From Promethearchaeota archaeon (GTDB taxonomy: Archaea > Asgardarchaeota > Lokiarchaeia > Sigyniarchaeales > SOKP01): a stretch of DNA of 42,575 nt. The position numbers were made by a program, and so were the translations under genes. The stretch is taken from NCBI GenBank assembly GCA_048940645.1, contig JBHLOI010000031.1:1-42575 (forward strand), read 5' to 3'. The notes beneath the pieces are model-generated. The model had not been told where the DNA came from. It ran no database searches and saw only the letters and a list, made by a program, of their open reading frames with translations. This document shows positions 8,419-17,873 of this stretch, piece by piece (the stretch's first letter is position 1; every line of letters starts with the position of its first letter).

Positions 8419-11400
8419 TTAAATTAGATTTATTAACTTCTTGAAATCTTCTTTTTCTATAAAATTTTCAGCTTCTCGTCGTGTATCAAACATAGTATAC
8501 CCCGCAATTGCAATTATTAATGGATCTCCTTCACGAGTAGGTTTCTTAATCCAATAACCAGAAGAGGTTAGCATTTTATTTATGATATCTCGATCCATAT
8601 AATTAAAAATAAGCTCACCTACATTAGGAACTAAAGGAGTACCAAAAGGAATTAAAATGTCAACTTTTTTCTTAGGAGCAGCAGGTTCAATAGTGACTGT
8701 TGCATTAATTTCGTGTAAAATCTTATAATATATTTGATTTGCTGAGAATAAATCACCAGCACCACTAATAATATGAACCTTTAATCCTTCTGATTTAATC
8801 ATTGATCGAATCTTCTCATTAATTTCGGAGATTTTTGTATCAAATTTTTTTTTTTCATCCAAACGGTTCAATATTTCAAGAATATAAGAAATCTTTGATA
8901 AATAATCTCTAATATTAAAGATATGATGTTCATATGGTTCTAATAATTTAATTGCTTCATTATAATATTGAAATGCATTATCAAGTTTATTATTTAACTC
9001 AGACACTTCAGCGAGCCATTGTATTTCAGCGGCTGCCCACGATTTATTAGTTCCCATAAATGCATCAACAAGGATTTTTCTAACTTCATTAGCTTTATCA
9101 TATCTATTTGATATTTCGTGTTTATCTTGATTTGTCGCAAATAAAGCAGCAGCCTTCCATTGCCAAGAAGCTAATTCGACAGTACATTTGTTTTCAAATT
9201 TATCAATATTAGTTTTCAAATCGTCCATTAATTTGTTGTATAATTTTCCATTTTTAAAACGATAATCAGATGAATCTATTTTCTGAACTTCTAGAAGATG
9301 ACAGCCTATATTATAATAATCTGTAGCTGTAAGAAGATTTTCGGATTTTTCATGATAATTGCCAATAAATAGGTATAATTTAGCGATTGATTCAATATTA
9401 TTTCGCGCATAAAAATCAAATACAAGACGCTCGAGATCAGGAATTAAAGTTCTCTGAATATTTAGATCCACACTATTTAAATATTCAAGCACCTTGTCAA
9501 TATATTCTGTATTATCAATATATTCAGTTGCAGAAAGAAAATAGAATCGTTGAAGTACATTCTTAAGAAAAATTTTCAACCTTTTAATATTCGAAATCTC
9601 TTTTGCTCTTTCTAAATTTTTATTTAGTTCTACTTCAATTTTGTTAATCAATTCTAAAGTAAACTCATCATCATATTTTTTTTTGGGAGTGACTTCGTAA
9701 TATATGTCATGAGAAAGAGAATAAATATAACTATCTTTATCTCCAAGTATACCTCCATCGCCTAAGATAATCTCATCTTTTTCTTCTATAATTAATTTAT
9801 CTTTTAGTAATTCATGTAATATCTCGTCAATACTAGATATATCTACATTTAGCATATTCTTTAAGGTTGTTTTTATAAGCCATAATGGCGGATTTAATTC
9901 AAATGTCTTATTAAGACTAACAATACTACTCCAAATATTTCTTTCTGCTTCTGTTCTTATGTTATACACAAGATTTTTAACTGTGTCGATGATATCATCA
10001 CTAATTTGAACATTTTCCATATCATCTGTAGTAAATTGTTCCTTCCGATTTTTTTCTAAATAAAGTAAAAAATTATCTGCGAAAATTGGATATATCCATC
10101 CTCTACTCGAGATTCTCTTTATTAGGGTGTTATACGCAGGTTTTGTAAAATTATCATTAGATAAATTATGAATTTCAAAAAATTTTTCTACTGATTCATC
10201 TGTTAAGCTTATTCCTTCAAGCCAAGTTTTCTGCACTTTCCAATGGTGTGGTATCTTTCCTTCTTTAATGATGCTTTTATATGATTTTGTGCGTAAGAAC
10301 ATTAAAACCCTTAAATTTTCCTTTAACTTTGTTGGACAACCAGATTCAAATAAATTATGAATGATTTCTATTAAATTTTCAACATTCATATCAGATCTAC
10401 TTTGTTCTTCATCAAGGACCAATACGAGATGACGATGTTTTTCTGCCAATGTTTTCAATTCCTCATGCATTCGCAATATAAATTCTGTGTTATTAATTCC
10501 CTTTAGAAACCTTTTATCTATTTCAACGAATTTGATATCTCTATCATTTTGAGATAACAAATATTTTAAGTTAGTCTTTCCCATTCCTGCAGAGCCTAAA
10601 ATGATATTAAATTCATCATCTTGAATTTTTTTAAGTAATAAATCTTCAATTCCGAAATAAATAAGATTATTAATAATTTTTGGATCTACAACAATTGGTA
10701 TAATAATAGGATCGTTTTTTAAAGCTCTTAATTGAAATGGTTGTTCAATTGGTTGTATAATTAATTTTTCAACATTATTTTTTAATTCATTACTAAATGA
10801 AAAAGGTATAGTGTTTGGATCTCCAAACATCAAAAAAGATGCCCAAGCATGTGAACTTTTAGAATTATATAATTCATTTTTAGATTCAAGCATACATTCT
10901 CCTATAGTTTTATCTTCTTGTAATAAATTTTGGTAAAAAGAATAAGCGAAATTTATAGCATCTTTATTATCAATTGGCCATATAGAACCGATAAATGTTT
11001 TTGTTCCTGCCTGAATAAATGCTTCTGCCAATCCAGATACTTGCTTTTCTCCTTCCAATTCTATATTTGCTTGAGCACTTTCACAAGCATTTATAAAAAC
11101 AATTTCAGGTAAATGTTCAGTGTATTTCGAAATCTCTTTTGCAGTTATTTCTTTATCGGCTAGTTTTATTCCACTCTTTTCTGGCATTTTTTCATCAAAA
11201 AAAGCATGACCGGAATAATGAATAATGTCAAATTCATTTTTTTTCATTAATTCGATTATATTTACGGTCGTAGCTTCAGATCCTATTAATGTTGATGTTT
11301 TTATATAACCTTGGTTGATTGCTGTTTTTAATTCTAACTTTATATTTTTAATTTCTTCAATAGAAGATTCCAAATCACCTGACGGGTCACCAATAAATAA

Positions 11401-11862
11401 TATGTGAATTATATCTTTATCTTTTTTCTCAAATTCAACACCTATAATCTTGCCAGTAATAATTCTTCCGATTGAGTTATTTAAACATGCAGGTTTATTA
11501 TCAATAGAAAGTAATTCCCAGGGAACACCTGGATCATTCGTTAAAATTAATAAATTATGATATTTTTCAAGTAATTCCTTTAAATCCTTTACACATTGTA
11601 TTCCCATTAATTTTTGTATTGAAATACCGAGTTTTATTAAAAAGTTGTGCATATAATCTTCAGATTCGGTTAAAAGCTCACCAAGAAGTATCTTTTTTCG
11701 AATATCCATTACCTTATTAATTACTTTTTCTCTTTCATCTTGAGTATTTAATCTTTCATAGGGTTTGATTATGGTCATAGATGGTGGTTGAATTTTAAAT
11801 ATATATGAGCCTTTAAATCCATCTATATGGAATTGGATTATATCGTTCATTTTGATTCCCAT
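8419..11862 (-). CDS. CHAT (caspase-like) protease-P-loop NTPase-TPR-like helical repeat protein
   Basis: CHAT motifs VPWELL, FDIIHYSGH (His219), VFINACES (Cys260), GLAEAFIQAG, FIGSIWPI, WASFLMFGDP; Walker A GSAGMGKT (423-430); Walker B LVLVLDEE; C-terminal TPR-like helices (AFQYYNEAIKL). Confidence 0.88.
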   Translation of the reverse strand: MGIKMNDIIQFHIDGFKGSYIFKIQPPSMTIIKPYERLNTQDEREKVINKVMDIRKKILLGELLTESEDYMHNFLIKLGISIQKLMGIQCVKDLKELLEKYHNLLILTNDPGVPWELLSIDNKPACLNNSIGRIITGKIIGVEFEKKDKDIIHILFIGDPSGDLESSIEEIKNIKLELKTAINQGYIKTSTLIGSEATTVNIIELMKKNEFDIIHYSGHAFFDEKMPEKSGIKLADKEITAKEISKYTEHLPEIVFINACESAQANIELEGEKQVSGLAEAFIQAGTKTFIGSIWPIDNKDAINFAYSFYQNLLQEDKTIGECMLESKNELYNSKSSHAWASFLMFGDPNTIPFSFSNELKNNVEKLIIQPIEQPFQLRALKNDPIIIPIVVDPKIINNLIYFGIEDLLLKKIQDDEFNIILGSAGMGKTNLKYLLSQNDRDIKFVEIDKRFLKGINNTEFILRMHEELKTLAEKHRHLVLVLDEEQSRSDMNVENLIEIIHNLFESGCPTKLKENLRVLMFLRTKSYKSIIKEGKIPHHWKVQKTWLEGISLTDESVEKFFEIHNLSNDNFTKPAYNTLIKRISSRGWIYPIFADNFLLYLEKNRKEQFTTDDMENVQISDDIIDTVKNLVYNIRTEAERNIWSSIVSLNKTFELNPPLWLIKTTLKNMLNVDISSIDEILHELLKDKLIIEEKDEIILGDGGILGDKDSYIYSLSHDIYYEVTPKKKYDDEFTLELINKIEVELNKNLERAKEISNIKRLKIFLKNVLQRFYFLSATEYIDNTEYIDKVLEYLNSVDLNIQRTLIPDLERLVFDFYARNNIESIAKLYLFIGNYHEKSENLLTATDYYNIGCHLLEVQKIDSSDYRFKNGKLYNKLMDDLKTNIDKFENKCTVELASWQWKAAALFATNQDKHEISNRYDKANEVRKILVDAFMGTNKSWAAAEIQWLAEVSELNNKLDNAFQYYNEAIKLLEPYEHHIFNIRDYLSKISYILEILNRLDEKKKFDTKISEINEKIRSMIKSEGLKVHIISGAGDLFSANQIYYKILHEINATVTIEPAAPKKKVDILIPFGTPLVPNVGELIFNYMDRDIINKMLTSSGYWIKKPTREGDPLIIAIAGYTMFDTRREAENFIEKEDFKKLINLI

Positions 11863-11967
11863 TTTCAGTAACGTATATTTCTTATTTTACAAGGTTATAA
11901 AAATTTATGTATTGTCTAAAAATCTGAGTTGTTTTTTATAAGAGAATCTAAAAAGAATTATTTATTT

Positions 11968-12612
11968 TTAAGATTTATCTGTTTTAGATAAATATAGATG
12001 AATAAAATTATTTATTTTACCCAGATTTGTTTTTTTCAGAGCAGAAAATTCTAAATAAGGGATTTTAATTTTATTTTGATTGTTGATAAAATCATCTAAA
12101 TTCGTTATATCAATTCTATAGTATTTAGCGTTCTCTATGAAAAAGGTAATTATTCGTTTTTTATCAATATTTGAAACTTTATCTATCTTATTGATAACTA
12201 TTAGGAGTGGAATGCTAAATTCTTGTATAAACTTTATCAATTCAAAACTCAATGGAATTGTTATTTGGCTTTTAATAAAATATTTAGTAATTTCATCTTC
12301 AATTCTTAGAATATTAATAACAACTAAAGCAAGAAAATAGTCGAAATGATGCTTTTCAATATGAGTTACAATTTGCTGTTTAATGTGTTCTTGTCTTCTA
12401 TGACTCGAATGCCTGATATATCCAAAACCAGGTAAATCGATAATTTTATAAGGCAATTGAGGTTGTTCAACTTGTTTTATTAATAATGTACTTCCAGGAT
12501 CTTTACCAGTTTTTCCTTTATATTTACTTGGTTGAGGGAGTAAAAGTCTTGTTATTGAGCTTTTTCCTGCATTTGAATTCCCAATAATCAATAGAGAAGG
12601 TTTTACTTTCAT
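11968..12612 (-). CDS. engB: EngB/YihA-family GTP-binding protein
   Basis: GNSNAGKS, PGST, DLPGFG, NKIDK, FSA. Confidence 0.85.
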   Translation of the reverse strand: MKVKPSLLIIGNSNAGKSSITRLLLPQPSKYKGKTGKDPGSTLLIKQVEQPQLPYKIIDLPGFGYIRHSSHRRQEHIKQQIVTHIEKHHFDYFLALVVINILRIEDEITKYFIKSQITIPLSFELIKFIQEFSIPLLIVINKIDKVSNIDKKRIITFFIENAKYYRIDITNLDDFINNQNKIKIPYLEFSALKKTNLGKINNFIHLYLSKTDKS

Positions 12613-12627
12613 AATATTAACACTTAA

Positions 12628-13536
12628 TTAAATATCCTTAAAATCTTCTTTAAGAAAGTTAATAAACATCTTTTTCTTTTCCTCCTCTTTTAGAACTGGT
12701 TTAGTAATTATTGGTTCTCCAGATTGTTCTAACAATTCTTTCAATATTTTTACTCCAATATTTATTTTGAATTTTCCTCCCTTTATGAAACGAACTATTT
12801 GCTTCTCATTGAGGGTTAACCTTAAAATATAACCTAATCCAAAATAGAATTGATGTTCCGGAATAGGGTCTATGGGGCTTTTACTTGTATGTTCCTTTAA
12901 CATATCATAAAGTAGTTCTTTACTTGCTATATGGTCTTCAGCTTGAAATACTAAATAATAAAGCACATGATACCAAATTTTATCTCTTTTGAGTTTTATA
13001 TATTCCAAGAACTTTTCTGGGGTTATAATCTCTTTCTTTTTCTCAATTTTACGTTCTAAAAGTTCTTGTTTGATTTTTTCTTCCAGTTCAGAGGAGATTG
13101 CTTGCGTAGATTGGGTTTGGGCAAATTCTTCAGATGAGCCTTCGAATTGCTCTTTCTTTACAGATTCAATCGCATCTTGCATATCTTTTAATTCTTCAAA
13201 TTCTATTTCCTCTAAATCTGAAAAGTCTGAAATCATTGCTTCTCTTTGGGCTAAGTATTCATCTAATTGAGTTCCTTTGGTTTTTATTTCAATTTCTTTT
13301 AACTCATCTGAAATATTCAAATCAATAACTTCTTCAGTATGTTTAGATTTCATTTCTTTGACTTTAGAGATGGCTTCCTGCATTTCCTTCAATTCTTCAA
13401 GATCCATATCATCTAAATCAGAAAAGTCGGTCTCTAAACTCTTCATTTCAGAGTAATATGCCTCTAAATCTTTTTCTTTTTGTTCTATCTCGTGTTCTTT
13501 GGGTTCAGTTTCTTCCTTATTATGATTCTCAGTCAT
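12628..13536 (-). CDS. Hypothetical protein with duplicated acidic motif and possible C-terminal winged helix
   Basis: 302-aa ORF, 15 bp upstream of engB and co-oriented; two DFSDLxxxxxEELKxMQxAIxxVK repeats. Confidence 0.7.
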   Translation of the reverse strand: MTENHNKEETEPKEHEIEQKEKDLEAYYSEMKSLETDFSDLDDMDLEELKEMQEAISKVKEMKSKHTEEVIDLNISDELKEIEIKTKGTQLDEYLAQREAMISDFSDLEEIEFEELKDMQDAIESVKKEQFEGSSEEFAQTQSTQAISSELEEKIKQELLERKIEKKKEIITPEKFLEYIKLKRDKIWYHVLYYLVFQAEDHIASKELLYDMLKEHTSKSPIDPIPEHQFYFGLGYILRLTLNEKQIVRFIKGGKFKINIGVKILKELLEQSGEPIITKPVLKEEEKKKMFINFLKEDFKDI

Positions 13537-13792
13537 AATTCAATTATTTAAAAGAATTTTAATTAATATTTTAAGTATCTCCAATATTAATAATAATTCT
13601 TTAATTCTATAAATTTTAAGATTCATAAAAAGAATAATAATTTGAAACCTTTCTCTATTAAAACTGTAAAAAATTGAGTTAAAATTTTATAAAGGTATAA
13701 ATTCGATTATGAATTATTTGCTTAAGCTATTTTTATAATATATGAGAATAAACGTACATATTATTAAATGAATGTGTGATTATTAAAATAAA

Positions 13793-14359
13793 ATGGAAAA
13801 AATCAAGTATAAATTTAAAATCCCTATAATCGGAGATGGAGCTGTAGGTAAAACATCACTTATTGAAAAATATACTAAAGGAATATTTCAAGAAGAATAT
13901 ATCTCTACTCTAGGAGCACAATTTACTCAACACGAGGAATTAATTGATGGAATTGAATTCAAACTTATTTTTTGGGATATTGCTGGCCAACCTGCATTTG
14001 AGAGGATGCGGCAAAAATTTTACTCAGGTAGTAATGGTGCTATCATTGTCTTTTCACATTCACCCGATGAAAGAAAAAGTTTTGAGAGTGTAGATAAATG
14101 GATCTCTGAAGTTAGAGAACATTGCGGTAGAATTCCAGTTATTCTATTTGGAAATAAAATAGATTTGGTAAATGAGGAAGTTTTAGCTACAAATGGAGAT
14201 TTAGATACATCCGATGCTAATATAGAAAAATACATTAAAGAACATGGAATTGTGGATTATTTCAAAACAAGTGCATTAACAGGTCAGAGAGTAAATCAAG
14301 CTTTTCATACATTAGTAAAAAAAATACAGTCTTTGGAAGAATTTTTAAGAAATTTATAA
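13793..14359 (+). CDS. Ras-superfamily small GTPase (Rab-like), copy 1
   Basis: [25 protein letters not shown], KTSA. Confidence 0.92.
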   Translation: [188 protein letters not shown]

Positions 14360-14420
14360 AGTAAAAGAAAAAGTAGATATGATTTAATTTGAGTATTTAT
14401 TACTATTGTAAGGAATAAAG

Positions 14421-14951
14421 ATGGCCGAAATTAAATTCAAAATAGTAGTTGTTGGAGATGCAGCAGTAGGAAAGACATCCTTAATCCGAAAGTATACAAA
14501 GGGAGCATTTGAAGAGGATTATATTGCTACACTTGGTGCACAATTTACTCAGCATGAGGAATTAATCGATGGGGTAAATTTTAAACTTATTTTTTGGGAT
14601 ATCGCAGGACAACCGACATTTGAAAGGATGCGACAAAAGTTCTACTCTGGTAGTAGTGGAGCAATCATAGTTTTCTCTCATTCATCTGATGAGACAAAAA
14701 CTTTTAAGAGTGTAGATAAATGGCTCTCTGAAGTTAGAGAACATTGCGGTAAAATTCCAGTTGTTCTATTTGGAAATAAAATAGATTTAGTCGATGAGGG
14801 AATATTAGCTACGGATGAAGGCTTAAAAACAAGCGATTCTAATGTTGAAAAATACATTAAAGAAAATGGTTTTATGGGGTATTATAAAACCAGTGCATTA
14901 ACCGGTCAGGGAGTAAACCAAGCTTTTCATATGTTAACAAAAAAGATATAA
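14421..14951 (+). CDS. Ras-superfamily small GTPase (Rab-like), copy 2
   Basis: [25 protein letters not shown], KTSA. Confidence 0.92.
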   Translation: [176 protein letters not shown]

Positions 14952-15040
14952 AAAATAACTCAAATTTTTATTTTCTATTTCTAAAGATTTAAAAAATCCG
15001 ACTATTACTATAAATTCAAATATTTTGATAGGTAATTTGA

Positions 15041-15580
15041 ATGGCTGATATTAAATTTAAGATAACAGTAATTGGAGATGCTGCGGTAGGGAAAACTTCT
15101 CTTATTAAAAAATACACTAAAGGTGAATTTCAAAAAGAATATATTTCTACTCTTGGAACTCAATTTACTAGACATGAAGAAGTAATTGATGGGGTTTCTA
15201 TTGAATTGATTCTCTGGGATATAGCAGGACAAGCAGCATTTGAGGTTATGCGGCAAAACTTTTATACTGGTAGCAGTGGAGCAATAATTGTTTTTTCACA
15301 TTCACCTGATCAAAGAAAAAGTTTTAATAACGTAAATAAATGGCTCTCCGAAGTTAAAGAGCATTGTGGGAATATCCAGATTTCACTATTTGGAAACAAA
15401 ATTGATTTGGTAAATAACGAAGAATTGCAAACTTCAGAATCTCGTGATTCCAATGTAGAAGATTACGTGAAGGAACATAATTTTCTAGGTTACTATAAAA
15501 CCAGTGCTTTAACAGGTCAAGGTGTAAATGATGCCTTTTATACGTTGGCAAAAAGACTATATTCTTTAGGAAATTATTAG
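15041..15580 (+). CDS. Ras-superfamily small GTPase (Rab-like), copy 3
   Basis: [25 protein letters not shown], KTSA. Confidence 0.92.
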   Translation: [179 protein letters not shown]

Positions 15581-15620
15581 AATTGTTAATAAAATAAAAG
15601 AAACAAGTAAAAAATAAAAC

Positions 15621-17873
15621 TTAGGTACGTTTATAAATAAATCGCTCAAAAGATTTAGATGATGGCATCTCTAAGGGCATACCTTTACGTTTCCGTATGT
15701 CTAAGATAACTTCTTCTTCTTGAGAAGGAGGTACTTTTTCAAAACCCTTGAATTCATATCCAAAAAAGGCTCTACCTTGGGTCGAACTTCTAATTTCATC
15801 TGCGATCCCAATAATTTCAGCAGCAGGAATTTGACCTTGAACCCTTACGTACTCTCCTTCGGGAATAACGTTATTTATCCGCCCTCTGTGCTTATTAATA
15901 ATCGAGTTAATAGATCCTTCAGATCCTTGGGGAGTCTTTACATCTATTCTTTGAATTGGCTCAAAAAGATGAGGATCTGCATTCAACATCGAGAGAGCTA
16001 AAGCTGAATAAGCCATACCTGCGGTTTGAGCATACTGGGTATGTCTGGGGTCTTCATGGATAACCATATCTGTAAAAGTAGCTTTAATTCCCAGAGCGGG
16101 TTCTTTAGCTATAATACATTCACTAAGCCAACTTCGAAAAGCGCTAATAAGATCATTTTTAACTCTATCGAATCTCTGTAAACCAGATGTTCCATTCACA
16201 AGTATATTTCCTTTAAAAACATCAACAATGCGTCGAGCTTCCTTCGTATCCCATCCTGCTTCTTCTCTTAATATTTGGGCACGTTCTTTTTCATTTTGTA
16301 AATCGGTAACTTTACCATCATCAAGTAGTTCTTCAGTTTTCTCATCTAAAGGTTCAATATATAATAAAATTCGATTGTGAGAATTAGATGATTTAGTATG
16401 AAATTCCTTGCTTTTTTGAGTAATCTTCTCTCGATATACTATAATTGGTTCTCCAATATCAATTTTTACTTGATTATTAATCCTTTTAACCAGAATTTCG
16501 ATTTGGAGCGGGTCTATTCCAGAGAGAATATATTCTTTACTCTCCTTATCAAGACGGAATTCTGCAGTGGGATCTGCTTGTAACCATTTCTCCACAACCT
16601 CCCCCAATTTACCAAGGTCATGGGGGTCTTGTGGTTTGACGCTTCTTGACACTACAGCTTTGCATGCATAATGTATCTTTTCAAAAGATGGAATTTTAGA
16701 TTTCTCATCTTTATCTTTAGGAACTGCATCTGCATGAATAAATGTTTCCCCTGAAGGACAAATAAATCCATATAATGCAAATAAATTACCAGCAGGTATT
16801 TTTGGAATATCAAGAATATCTGTAATCTCCATAACACCTAATCTTTTGACTCTATTTGCTGTACGACTCCCAATTAAATAAATACTATCCGTTTGATCAA
16901 ATGTCCCAGAAAATACTCGACCGATTAAAGTAGCTTGATAATTCCTTTTTGGATCTAAGAAAATCTTTGTTATCATACCATATAAAGGGCCATTAGGATC
17001 ACTTTTTGCTAATGCATGTCCGAGCTCTGAATTCATATCTCCGCCCCAGAGATGAGGAATTCTATACTTTGCGGCTGATATTGGATCTGGTAAATGATCG
17101 ACGACCATTCTTAACATCGGTTCATCAAGAGGTAAGTTCTCTCTTAACCATTGAATATCCCCTTCATTATATTTTTCGAAAACAGTTATGGGAGTAAGCC
17201 CTTTTTCTTTCAAAATTTCATAAGTAAAACCCCAGCCATGTTTTGCTGAACCAACTGCTACACTATTTTTAGCGAAATCTGCACCCCAATCTGAATCTGC
17301 AGGTCGAACCTTTTTAATTAATTCATTTACCTGTTTTGTTATATCATCGATTTTAGCATATGTATCTTTTGGACTTAATTTTAGTTCACTAATTAACCTA
17401 TCAACTTTATTAATAAAAAGGACTGGTTTACAGAGCTCTTCACCCACAGCAAGGCGAATATTTGTTTCAGTTTGAGTCATAACTCCTTCTAAAGCATCAA
17501 CAAGGATTATAGCACCATCTGAACCCCTTAAAGCACGTGAAACCTCTCCAGTAAATGAGATATGTCCTGGTGTATCATTTAATTGAAAAATATAAGGTTC
17601 TTCATCATCTGGATTTCTTGGATCGTTAAAAGCGAGCAAAACAACTGAGGTAAAGATGGTAATACCTCTCTCTTGCTCCTCATCATCAGAATCTGTCATT
17701 TGGAGCTGTCCAGCATCTTCTTCGCGCATTAATCCTGCCCTTCTTAATAGGTAATCTGTGGCTGTAGTTTTACCATGATCGATATGAGCTGTGATGCTAA
17801 ATATTCTTTTCTTCTCATATGAGCCAGAAGTCACCAGCTTCGCGATTTCTTCCGGGTTCTTAACTTTTACCAT
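15621..17873 (-). CDS. fusA: Archaeal translation elongation factor 2 (aEF-2 or paralog)
   Basis: AHIDHGKTT, ERGITI, DTPGH, NKVDRL, EPIIVYRE, IRSSTQGRA, IRKRKGM. Confidence 0.92.
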   Translation of the reverse strand: MVKVKNPEEIAKLVTSGSYEKKRIFSITAHIDHGKTTATDYLLRRAGLMREEDAGQLQMTDSDDEEQERGITIFTSVVLLAFNDPRNPDDEEPYIFQLNDTPGHISFTGEVSRALRGSDGAIILVDALEGVMTQTETNIRLAVGEELCKPVLFINKVDRLISELKLSPKDTYAKIDDITKQVNELIKKVRPADSDWGADFAKNSVAVGSAKHGWGFTYEILKEKGLTPITVFEKYNEGDIQWLRENLPLDEPMLRMVVDHLPDPISAAKYRIPHLWGGDMNSELGHALAKSDPNGPLYGMITKIFLDPKRNYQATLIGRVFSGTFDQTDSIYLIGSRTANRVKRLGVMEITDILDIPKIPAGNLFALYGFICPSGETFIHADAVPKDKDEKSKIPSFEKIHYACKAVVSRSVKPQDPHDLGKLGEVVEKWLQADPTAEFRLDKESKEYILSGIDPLQIEILVKRINNQVKIDIGEPIIVYREKITQKSKEFHTKSSNSHNRILLYIEPLDEKTEELLDDGKVTDLQNEKERAQILREEAGWDTKEARRIVDVFKGNILVNGTSGLQRFDRVKNDLISAFRSWLSECIIAKEPALGIKATFTDMVIHEDPRHTQYAQTAGMAYSALALSMLNADPHLFEPIQRIDVKTPQGSEGSINSIINKHRGRINNVIPEGEYVRVQGQIPAAEIIGIADEIRSSTQGRAFFGYEFKGFEKVPPSQEEEVILDIRKRKGMPLEMPSSKSFERFIYKRT

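Noticed and set aside
6991-11967. Mobile element boundaries around the CHAT/LRR-TIR cassette
   Set aside because: No integrase, transposase, terminal repeats or target-site duplication could be seen
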